DNA from: Octopus vulgaris
Lineage: Eukaryota
Direction of reading: 5' to 3'
Assembly (NCBI GenBank): GCA_951406725.2
Contig: OX597816.1
Span: 132,680,001-132,744,000 of the forward strand
Length of the DNA stretch: 64,000 nt
Shown: positions 25,950 to 37,313 of the stretch, piece by piece
Position numbering within the stretch: the first letter of the stretch is position 1
Layout of the letters: every line of letters begins with the position of its first letter
Translations under genes and position numbers: made by a program
The notes under the pieces: model-generated
Told to the model about the DNA's origin: nothing
The model's input: only the letters and a program-made list of their open reading frames with translations
Database searches by the model: none

Positions 25950-27106
25950 CAAAAGCTTTATCTTTACAGCTGTTTCAGATGATGAACAATTACTGGTGTA
26001 TAACCATGTAAATTATGTGTAATAAAGTCTTACAATATCTTAGGTGTATGGAACGACACGATTTTTCTTTTTGAAATCAATAAGGCAAAATCATGTTGTT
26101 CTCACTAGATTCTGACGAATAGCATAGTATCGAACAGAGTTTATAAATATACACAGGCCTTCTAATAATATTGCTGTCCTCGTACTTCTTGAATAGCTGC
26201 AAATCAACCGCTGCCGTGGGGAAAAAATGACGAAATTCCGTAAGGAAAGGAACAAAAGACTGGAGTGGTGGACATAATATACATGTTGAAAAGAGAAGAG
26301 ATGAATGAATCGGGAGTGTTTGAGTAGGGATGGCTCAAGACAAACCATCTCCGAGGGATAGAAGCTACAATAACAGTGGTAGGTATGGCAGAAATACGAA
26401 CAGCACGTTTGTGGGCTAGTGTTTGGTGTGTCTGTGAGCGACTTCCTGCCAATGCAGTGTAATATGTTTGTGTGTACCAGCAACATCTCCCAGAAAGAAA
26501 TAAGTTTATAGTAGGATTAATTGCTTTTCTGATTGAAGATTTTAGTAAATCTGTCACTGTTTTCGTCCAGTCTCTTCATCGTTATATCTTTCCTTTCACT
26601 TCACACCCTGTTGTGCTTATTTGAGAGTTAAATACTCATGGTTATCAATTTTTAGTGGCGTGCAAAATAATACTTTGACTCAAAATACAGCATGAACAAT
26701 GGAGCATGTATAATCCAGTCTTTGTAGAAGAGTTAGTAGTTGTTGAGGTTGATGTATTTTCTGGCTGTGAAGAGGAAAGCTGGTCTTTTTGAAGAATTAT
26801 TTCCTTTGTTGAGGATGTGCGTCGTCAGGAGAGACCCTTGGCGAGACCTTACATTTGAAGTGAAACTGAGGGTTCTAATTGGTTGTGCTGTTCATGTTTT
26901 CATGTTTAGATGATAGGGGAAGTGTGATATCGTGTTATCTTTAATATCATCTAAAAGAGCAAAATGCATTAAACCTTTCCTTAAATTATGTTTTACATTT
27001 CCTCAGTAAACAGAACTAGATCAATAATTCCATAAGTTATATGTATTCACTTACATTTATTCGTTACGTTGAAATCTGATGAAATCCTCAGAGGACCATT
27101 CTGTTC

Positions 27107-27158
<52 letters not shown>

Positions 27159-27300
27159 AAAGACATTGCGATGCCGATGATGCCTTTGAGGCAGAAACAC
27201 TCGTCCGTTGCTGTTCCTTGCCCCCATAAGACTATCGGATATGCTTTCTTATGTACCATGTTCATTGAGAATCTATATCATAAGAAGCATGTTTTTCTAT
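25950..27300 (-). mobile_element. Decayed Penelope-like element fragment (second fragment ~29160-29800, minus)
   Basis: Weak similarity to the PLE RT C-terminal YLH.SS.HP...RICS motif; flanked by a hammerhead half-motif GAAACAGCTGTA (~25965, minus) and the hammerhead at 27168. Confidence 0.4.
27168..27211 (+). ncRNA. Type I hammerhead ribozyme (U4C core variant)
   Basis: GCGAUG-CCGAUGA-UGCC-UUUGA-GGCA-GAAAC-ACUC-GUC^-CGUUGC; stem I 6 bp (2 G-U), stem II 4 bp, stem III 2 bp; adjacent to (TA)n and a Penelope-like remnant. Confidence 0.68.
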
Positions 27301-28971
27301 CACCCCGTTAGACATATGCTATCCTCGCATCAAAATGATTTTCAAGTATTTTATATGGAGTAACGAACTAAAGAAAAAAATGTGAATGTTTGTTTTACCT
27401 CGTACGTCGTTAAAAAAACATGAATATTTCACTCTCAAATACACTAGTAGGTTGTTTGAAAACCTAATTAACTGCAGTATTCGTCATGAGATAGTATCTA
27501 TTCTTAATGTACAGTGTTAAAAAGCACAAAAATATGGCAGTCGGAGACGAAAATCATCCAGTAGTGGTGGTAGCATTGCTAAAAGCACATTTCTGTCTGT
27601 TGGGCTTCGTCAGCAGCAAGTATCTACTGGTAATTACATGCTAAGACAAAATCCGCCATTACTGATATAGTAAGACAGTGATTGAAAAATCACTGATGTC
27701 GCAGTTAGCCGACAGGTTGTATATAAATTCGTTTTGTGCAACACAAGCAGAATTATTTAAAAAAACAAAAGAGGCATAAATGCGAATTTAGCTCCTGGAC
27801 GATTTCTTTCGTGTGTTTTTAACATTACGTCACGAGAAACATTATTTCAGATCGAATAACGTAGTTAATTAGGCTTTCAATTGATTAATTTGCTTTAAGT
27901 ATAATACAGAGATTGCTAAATTAAGGAATTTTTTTATACCGATTCATACATGAATAATTGAATTCATGGTTTAATTAATTATGGGGCGGACTTTAAGAAT
28001 CGACATATTGAAAATGGACTTTTACTTGGAAATTGAATGTATAATGGTCATGTTTTCAATAAATAATTTAGTTTTCTAATACTGACATTTTGCTATACAG
28101 ATATCTCCTGTTCATATGATTTTGAAAAGAATCTTAGTTCTGTAATGCTGTTGCTAACTCAAACCAACACTAGAATTGACTGCCCTTATTTTTTTTCCCT
28201 TTTTCAATGGGAATTCTGTAACATTATCATGATTGATACTATCTGTATGAAATTCGAAGATGCGATAAAAATATTAAGGAGTTTCCGTTTATTCTACAAT
28301 AGAAAATAAAATTATTCAACGATGTAATCACTAATTAACAGAAGTGTTTAATTGAAAAGACTTTCACTTTCTACTTGTCGATTCTTGAAGGTCGCTAATT
28401 ATGATTATAATGATGTTTATACTAGCTATTATACAATAAATGGTCATTCACCAAACGTTATAAAATTTTTATTTACTTTTATGCTGCTACTGATTTAAAT
28501 AATTTATTACTCACTAATTTAGTTTATGATGTCATTAATTTTACAGTATTTCTAATTGGTTTTAATTAGTTTTTTCCTCTAACATTTTGATAACTAAAAC
28601 AACTAGATATGGTGATCTTTGAAAATAGCATTCAACTTTCTCTTTGTCAAACTTATAGTTGTTGCTACTCTGGTGGCTGCAGAAATATTTACTCATGTTT
28701 CGTTTGTTTTTACTTTGTGTTGCGGCCAACTTTGCGTTCGGAGAAATATTTACGCCTGTAAGAATTGTTTTTGTTGTCGTCGTTTAAAATAAGGTGTAAT
28801 TGCATCAGATTGTTTATAATTTAAATTAGTGACAAAAACAACACAGATTGTGAGCAATCTGATGCATTGACATCCATCTTGAGCGACAAAGAAAATGAAC
28901 ACAAAATTCCAACAGTAATATATATATATGAACAACAAAAGAATTCAACAAGAAAATAACACACACACACA

Positions 28972-29023
<52 letters not shown>

Positions 29024-29024
29024 A

Positions 29025-29056
<32 letters not shown>

Positions 29057-30790
29057 ACTCTCTCTTAACTGTGTCAAGAAATATGACTGATGAAAAGTTT
29101 GACTGCAGTAGAACATTAAACAATCGTCTGCAAGTAAAATGATATTAGTATTTAAATTTATTTTATTAATTTGGTTCTGGAGGAAGAGATTGTGTCCATA
29201 TGGGTCGTCTTGAACATTTGAAAGTCAACGGATGCAGGATAGTCATGTGTAGAGATGGAATTTGAGAAGGACGTTCTAGGAAGAAAGAATTGGAAAGAAT
29301 AGTTTGTGCGGATCCTAGTGGAGAGACGAGTGAAGGCGAGAATACCCGAGAGGCGGTGACAGGAGACCATCCATTTCTGAGGAGTTGGGATCATTTTAGT
29401 GTCAGTAGGAGAGGCAGAATGAGAGAGAAAGGAAGAGAGGAAACAATATGTCTATAGACCAAGGCTGGTTGGAGTATGTTTGTAAATGACTTCGAACCAA
29501 TTAGTTGAATTAGCCTTTTTCGGGATGCGGTCGAAGATGCTTGTTAGAGCAGTACTTCATTGTATATCCCTTGGACTTTGCAGAGGGTGAATTATTGTGG
29601 AAGGATGGAGATAAGGGCCAGTCTTTGAGATGCAGCCTTTGCCTGTTAAGGAATGGGATGTTCACCAGAAGAGTTGCTCAGTGGTTGAAGCAATTGTAGC
29701 GATCGCGATGGTTTCATATACGTCTACTTTTTTCTTGATATGTGCAAATGTGTATGTATATGTTTTGCAGCCGAAGGAGATGAAATATGCATGTCTCCAT
29801 TAGGGTCTATTTTCCAACTTTATTCATGGAGTCATTTGAAGATATGGCATGAATGGTGCTGGAGTATGGAACGTGAAAATGGGCTGTTATGAAATATCGA
29901 CCATAATCATGATAGTGAGTAAACGTACTCACTTCCCAAATAAACGCCAGTACCCAGCGTTTATATCCCAACCAGGATTCATACCACACTACAACAGTTA
30001 CCGCGCGCACGCGTTATTGCATTCAGATTTTGCTTTCAAATTCTAGAAACCGTACAGTGGGTTTTGGGTTCCAAAATAATTGAAAATTTTTCATTTGAAT
30101 AAATATATTTTCTTAACTAAAACAATTTCAAGATATTGAAATAAAGTAACATAGCAATATTTACGTGAAATGTATGTGTGTTACAGGAGGTGACAAGTTC
30201 AAAAGAAGCGTTGTCTGGCTACTTAGAATTAAGACCTCAAAAGTGAAGTCAGTGTCCAGAGCCAAATGATTTTTTAATCCTCGACGTTTGAGACGTTCGG
30301 GAGAGCTGCACCCGGAATATGAGGCGATGTAGAATGTTTACAAGTATTTTGGGCCGTCCAAATTGGTTTTAGAGGGAAAATACCCGTATTTTCTGTGTAG
30401 TGTGTAAGTGAGGTTGTGTATTTAACTAATTTTGATGATTGCCCATTTGCCTTTGTAGATTTCGTGTTGTAAATTGTATTACCGAATAAAATAATCGGTT
30501 ACTTGTGTAGGTATGCCAAAATAATTAGAAATATTACAAGTTTCTGCATTTAATAATGTGTGCTTGTAGTGCGATATAATCACCTTTTGGTTTGTAGCCA
30601 AATTTAAGATTATATATATATATATATGAAGTGATGCTATGTTGCCAACTTAATGTAGTAGTCCCATGAAAGGGAAGAATGCTACTGCTATTTAGCCTTA
30701 GGAAACACCGTTTCCAGTTAGCCATGACATTTTCTGTGTTCTTATGTTTTCAAAGGGGAGATAAGCACCTCCACCCAGCAAAGCCAGCAA

Positions 30791-30831
30791 CCAGAGACTA
30801 GTTTCAGAGTCATTGCTCATCATCAGTCTGG
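30791..30831 (-). ncRNA. Minimal type I hammerhead ribozyme
   Basis: Minus strand CCAGA-CUGAUGA-UGAG-CAAUGA-CUCU-GAAA-C-UA-G-UC^-UCUGG; perfect 5-bp stem I, intact core, GUC cleavage triplet, palindromic ACUAGU stem III; U-U mismatch at the base of stem II. Confidence 0.78.
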
Positions 30832-31058
30832 AGTAGCATGGCATGTTAGCTGTCGATGCTTATCTCCCCTTTGAAAACATAACGATACAGAAAATGTGTC
30901 ATGGCCAACTGGAAACGGTGTTTCCTAGGACAAAATAGCAGTAGCATTCTTGCCTTTCATGGGACTGCCGCATCACTTTATCGTGCTGCTACTGTATAAT
31001 TTTCTAAGAGATTTAGAAATGCAATATTTATACATACATGCATGCATGCATACATACA

Positions 31059-31141
<83 letters not shown>

Positions 31142-33311
31142 GTCTGTGCGTTAATACACTGAAACTGCTTAGAAAATTTCTGATAAAAATGTGTTAAATC
31201 GATCTATGGTCGGTATTTGTTACTGATACATAATGGTGAGACATATTTTTCTGTTTAATCTTGTCACTTCAACAGGTTGTTTCTGTGATTTCTGTAATTT
31301 ATATCGACTAGATTTCACATACATGCATATGTATGCAATCGTTCATATTAAGCATATATTCATATGTAATTGTGAATACTTATACAAACTATGTACATGT
31401 GCGCAACACATTCTAATTCTATTACTCCCATTCTATTTTATTCACACACTTCTCTCAAACATTCAACACAAATCTATTCCACATACGAAACATAACACTT
31501 TTATAGGCGATTCTGTCAATCACTATAATAACGTTTCCACATCAAAGTGATAGATAATAAATATGGGCTTTTGTTGAAGATATTTCTCCACAAAATCATG
31601 TTTATTGATTTGGACATTAGTTGATAACCAGTCTGAAGATTTACACTTATTTTATTCCCATTTAACATTTAGATTTGAAAATGTGTTTAAAGCGTGGGCA
31701 TTTTTCTTTGTTCTTCGTCTCAGACAAGATTGTAGAGACAATTCAACTAGAAACAGTACTTCAGCATTATCTGTACACGCATACAAACTGCATATACATA
31801 TTTTCTAATGCACCTATTTCTAGACACGTACATAAGGACATACGCATCTCTATAACTTTGTTAATTTTTATCCTTCAATTCATGTTGCCTTTTTTCTCTC
31901 TCATGTGTATATATATATTCATGATATTGTGATCGAGCTAAATATTACCACATATAAAATTCATAATTATTAGACGTAACAAGAAACGATAAGCGAAGGA
32001 GTGGAAAATATACAATTGACTATTTTGTTCTGACATCTTATTTCCTTGGTTTTAACTATTTAAACCAGGCGTCGGCAAAGTGGTTGCCATTGATCCACCA
32101 GGGCTCTATATAACTATCCAAAGGGTCGATAAGCACTTGAAATGATTGACAGCGTTAGTGGTACTGAATTATTAGCGAACTGAATTTGGATGAGCGCAGT
32201 AATTTAAGGCTAAAACACTCACTAATTTCCAACCAAATATCGATGCAATAATATTCACCAAACACATATTTTACATTAAATATTTCGACTATATCGGTAT
32301 AATACGACTGAATTTTTATTGATCTCTAACAATTTCGTTAAGTATTTTCATCAGATTTCTTAAAATATTTATTAAAGAGCAATAATGACACAAAAGAACG
32401 AAAGAATTTTTATTGATTATACTTTTTAATTTATTGTACAAATTCACGTGATGGGGGCGAATAAGTTATCAACGATTTCACGAAGAGGTCAGTGATTTAA
32501 ATCATGGAAATCAATTGTCAACCCTTCTACCCACCTACAATGGAAGCATAAAATGAGGGAGGGAAGTCATACCAGCAGTATGTATTGACAAATGTGTAAA
32601 TGGACTTGATAGATTACTGGGTGATATCTTGGAGAAATCACATTATTGTTGGTGATACAGCATTCTAAAGCAGCTATATAACGTGTTTGCGACTAAGTGA
32701 CGTGATGACGGATCCAATCCCGAATTGAAGTAGGTTCTCATGAATGGTTACGTAGACCACTCCTTACGAATGCCAGAGCTTCTTTCGACCACTAAATAAA
32801 AAGTATTTAGAAAAAAAAAACATGTTATTTAAGCTGTATTTTTTTTTCAGTTGCTTACACTATTTACTTTATACATTCAAAGCTCACAAATTTTCTTATT
32901 CAAATTATGAATCATATTCTTTTTGTTAATATCAATATGATTACAAAACTTCTTTGTAGGCGATATTTTCTGTTTGGTTGACACTAATTCTGGAGTTCGT
33001 TGTTCTACTCATAGTGACGTATAACTGGCCGTGTGTAAAAATACACCTGGCCCTGTGCCTTGTTTGTTGTGAATGCGCGAGCGGTATCTTTAGGGTTGCA
33101 AAAATCGAACTAAGAATTTCCTCTCACTGTTCTATGCAAATAATATCTGGATGTTCTGGTAGTATGAGTTATTTTGATTGACAAAACTGAGATGTAAACA
33201 ACTGCCGTTTCGATTAGCTGTTTCGAATCCTGCTCGAGGCTGATACACTTCAATAACCACTAAATAATTACACTATATTCTGACACACACTTTTCCCATT
33301 TTATTTTCGCT

Positions 33312-34680
33312 ATTAACCGTCCTCGCGACCCCGTTCATATCTACGATGGAGCTACGAACTATACAATGAAAATTTCCAGAGTTACTCATTTTAATAAAAA
33401 TGCAAAGGTGGTTTATGGATTCAAAAATCTATATCCACGAAATGATCAAACTTTCTGATTTTTTTAATGCTAAAAACCTTCTTGACGACTGTCTTTGTTA
33501 TCCCGAAAAATATCGTAACCATTGGTGGATCTTTTCCTTTTGAACGTCACTTTGTAACATAATTTCTAGGTAACTAAAAAGTTTTAAACTTCGTATACTG
33601 GTAGAATGTCTTTATAAAACATCATTTTCTCTTGGCTTTATTGAGAAAATTCTATAGGTTGTAAGATATTTCGTCTGAAATTTCTTGCATTTCGGCAATT
33701 TTAACCAATCAATTACCTCCATTGGCGTAAATAACATTCTGTGCATAATATGTCCCTCCTTTAAGAAACAGATTGGGTTTATTTACATTTTTGTCAAGAA
33801 ATAAAGATACCCTAACCCTAACTCTAATCCTAAATCTAAAATAGATTGAAATGCAATAGATCGATACTAGGGCCATAATTATGGGTGACATTTTCATTTG
33901 ACACCGCTAGAAAAAAATCCCATTTTCCATAGCGGTGTCGTATGAAATTGTCACCCATAATTATAACCCTAGTTTCGATCTATTGCATTTACATCTATTT
34001 TAGATTTAGGGTGGTTAGGGGAAGGGTATTTTTTTTTTCACAAAATGTAAATAAACCCAATGTTTCTTAATAGAGGGACATATTCATTATGCACAGAATG
34101 TTATTTTCGTCAATAGAGGTAATTGATTGGTTAAAATTGCCGAAATGCAAGAAATTTCAGACGAAATATCTTACAAACTATAGAATTTTCTCAATAAAGC
34201 CAAGAGAAAATGATGTTTTATAAAGACATTCTACCAGTATACGAAGTTTAAAACTTTTTAGTTACCTAGAAATTATGTTACAAAGTGCCATTCAAAAGGA
34301 AAAGATCCCCATTGGTCCAACCGTCTGGCCGTGAAGAGGAAACAGACAGACAGACATAACGCCCATTATAGTAAGATAGCAAATCTGCCCAGCTGTGATG
34401 GAAAATAGAGGGATAGTATCGAACTATATAGTGAGGTGGTGTGGGGAAGAATCCAAAGTTGATCTTCGTCACTGGAATTTTAATTAAAAAAATCAGAGGT
34501 AATTTATTAATACAAAATTCAATATCCACTAAATAATCATACTTTTTCACTATTTTCGTTAAAAAATTTCCTCATTACTTCCTTCGTAATCCCGACAAAC
34601 ATCGTGATCATTGGTCCAGCTGTTTGTGAAGAGGGAACAGACAGACAGACAGACGGACATAACGCCCATTATAGTAAAAT
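33312..34680 (-). mobile_element. Two tandem Lep1-like Helitron 5' ends with (CTGT)n, the first interrupted by the Merlin-like MITE
   Basis: Minus strand ATCTTACTATAATGGGCGTTATGTCTGTCTG.. at 34377 and a second copy at ~34590-34680; left boundary uncertain. Confidence 0.55.
33527..34308. mobile_element. 782-bp palindromic non-autonomous DNA transposon, Merlin/IS1016-like
   Basis: Termini GGATCTTTTCC...GGAAAAGATCC; ~380-bp inverted arms around a ~20-nt spacer; 8-bp TSD CCATTGGT (33519-33526 and 34309-34316). GG termini plus 8-bp TSD fit the Merlin superfamily. Confidence 0.78.
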
Positions 34681-35829
34681 TTCGATCAAAATGATATGGA
34701 AATAATATTGCATTCTTTCGTTTTAACCCCAAAGAAAAGAATGCCAATAATCTATTGAATACCAATAGTCCTAGATAAATGCTAGTTTCTTCTACTTGTG
34801 GTCAGACTGTCTTTTCTGACAGCACAGCTACCCTGTATGTTAAGACCATATTAATATGTTGGCCACAGTGTAAAGACTTAAAGAGTGTTTTAAAATGTTA
34901 ATTATACTTCGAACTACTAATCCTTACTAGTCTCTACAGTTGGAGACATCAAAGTTTGAAGACTAGTGTTAAGAGGTAATTTCATCGTGAAAAATTAAAT
35001 TACCAATGGCATTATTGCAGAATCAGAGTAGCCATTATAAACGAACATGTACATTTACATTCACTTTTATTATAATATAAGGTGGTAATCTGGCGGACTT
35101 GTTAGCATGCATTTCTGAGTTGAAGTTCCGTTGAGGTCGACTTTGCCTTTCACTTTTTTTTTGTCTGGGGAAGTGGTGGTGGTGGGGCAATAAAATAAGT
35201 ACTAGTTGTGTACAGGGCCGATGTTATCGACTTATGCCCTCCCCGCAAAATTTCGGGCCTTGTGCTTGTAATAGAAAAGTTTGTTGTTGTTGTAATTAGA
35301 TATCAAAGTCCTTCATTGTACATTTACAACCTGATACCTGTCAGTACTAAAGACCAAGTTGTAAATATTTATGACAAATGATTGATGTCTTAAAATTATA
35401 TTATTTTGACATCAGTCAAAATAAAATATTTTTAAAATACACATATTTCTTGTAATGGTTACAATAACTAACAGTACTACAAAGTGTTTTAGCTCCCCCT
35501 AATACATGACCATCATCATCATCATTATCATTTAACGTCTGTTGTCCATAGTGGCATGGGTTGGACGGTTTGACTGGGCTGGCATGCTGGAAAGCTGCAC
35601 CAGACTCCAGTCTGACTTGGCATGGTTTTCTAATGTCAACCACTCTGAGAGTGTAATGGGTGCTTTTATGTGTCACCGGCACAGGTGTCACTTGTGTGAC
35701 ACTGGGGTGCATTTACATGTCACTGGCACAGGTGCTAATTTGCATGACACTGGTATCTGTCACGGCTGCGATTTTGCTTGGCTTGTTGGGTCTTCTTCTC
35801 AAGCATGACAATGCCAAAGGCCTTGGTCA

Positions 35830-35975
35830 TTGCCTCTGTGAGGCCCAGCACTCGATGGGAACTCAGCTACTTTGCCTCCATGAGGCCCAACACTTGAAAG
35901 GAACTCAGCCACCTTGCCTCCATGAGGCCCAACACTTGAAAGGAATTCAGCTACTTTGCCTCCATGAGGCCCCTC
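35830..35975. repeat. 42-bp tandem repeat, ~3.3 copies
   Basis: Unit CTCCATGAGGCCCAACACTTGAAAGGAACTCAGC(T/C)AC(T/C)TTGC. Confidence 0.85.
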
Positions 35976-36027
35976 AATGCAAATCACTAGGCAAACAAAT
36001 TCAACTCAAAAAGTTTCTTTGACATAT

Positions 36028-36433
36028 AGGCACAGGAGTGGCTGTGTGGTAGGTAGCTTGCTTACCAACTACATGGTCCTGGGTTCAGTCCCACTGTGTG
36101 GCACCTTGGACAAGTGTCTTCTACTCTAGCCTTGGGCTGATCAAAGCCTTGTGAGTAGATTTGGTAGATGGAAACTGGAAGAAGCTCATCGTATATGTAT
36201 ATATATATATATATGTATGTGTGTGTATATGTTTGTGTGTCTGTGTTTGTACCCCCCAGAATTACTTGACAATCGATGCTGGTGTGTTTACATCCCCATA
36301 ACTTAGCAGTTCGGCAAAAGAGACCAATAGACTAAGTACTTGACTTACAAAGAATAAGCTCTGGGGTCGATTTGCTTGACTAAAGGTTGTGCTCCAGCAT
36401 GGCTGCAGTCAAATGACTGAAACAAGTAAAAGA
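36028..36433 (+). mobile_element. tRNA-derived SINE family with an internal (TA)/(TG) microsatellite. Other copies 8573-8955(-), 10560-11310(-), 40250-40965, 40985-41130(-), 41465-41600(-), 47580-47725(-), 54942-55320, 58075-58605, 62435-63010(-), 63355-63660(-)
   Basis: Head TGGCTGTGTGGTA..GGTTCAGTCCC, CACCTTGG(G)CAAGTGTCTTCT core, tail ATGACTGAAACAAGTAAAAG shared across copies. Confidence 0.85.
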
Positions 36434-37077
36434 ATATTGAAAAGAAATGAATATATTTTAGCTTATTCATTGGTAGCTGTTTGTTTTATGTGTTTATGAA
36501 TGTTGTTTTACTTTGATTAATAAACAAGCAGGTTATAGTATATTTCAGTGCAGTAAAGTCCCAGATAATATATTAGGGTGAAAATCTTATGTAGTTTGTA
36601 GACAAAATCTTCTATGGCTGTTCAAAATGTAAATACAAGCAAGAAATGTTACTCTAATTAGATTGGGTAATCAACCATATTTGTAAGCAGAATGCCTCTC
36701 TGACATATTTTCCCTTGTCAAGGCAGTTATATAGATAAACAAATTAGATACATTAAATATAATAACTTGGGTGTGAAATACAAAATATGTACATATAAAT
36801 GAGAGAGAAAAATTTGGAGACTTTCAGATGATGAATTTTTAAGTATGAATATATATTTATATTAATAGATCCAACTTACACAGAGCACAAATGACAGAGA
36901 AAATTAAAAGGATGGAAGAAAGGTTTTATAAGTCCAACAGCTATTTCTGGGGGTTTGAAGATCCATAATGATGTTAGTAGATGTGGTTACAATCAACATT
37001 GGATAAGATGAGCCTCCATCATTAGGGTTAGAGAAGAACTTACATTTCAGATCTTAATGCAAATATATATATTGCAG

Positions 37078-37257
37078 GTGACATGTAAAAAGCACCCACT
37101 ACACTCACGGAGTGGTTGGCGTTAGGAAGGGCATCCAGCTGTAGAAACATTGCCAGATAAGACTGGAGCCTGGTGCAGCCTTCTGGCTTCTCAGATCCCC
37201 GGTCGAACCGTCCAACCCATGCTAGCATGGAGAACGGACGTTAAACGATGATGATGA

Positions 37258-37260
<3 letters not shown>
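37078..37260 (+). mobile_element. RTE-associated short element ending in (GAT)n. Other copies 13280-13585(-), 35510-35680(-), 56435-56580(-), 59508-59670(-), 60585-60710
   Basis: GGCGTTAGGAAGGGCATCCAGCTGTAGAAA motif and ..GGACGTTAAACGATGATGAT tail. Confidence 0.7.

Positions 37261-37313
<53 letters not shown>

Noticed and set aside
31550-31800. Possible Sola-like transposase remnant on minus
   Set aside because: Only faint motif similarity through stops and frameshifts; needs an HMM search
32066-32500. hAT-like terminus CAGGCGTCGGCAAA
   Set aside because: No matching second TIR or 8-bp TSD found
35830-35975. Possible CRISPR-like array (also 12478-12590)
   Set aside because: Head-to-tail tandem units with no unique spacers, no cas genes, eukaryotic context
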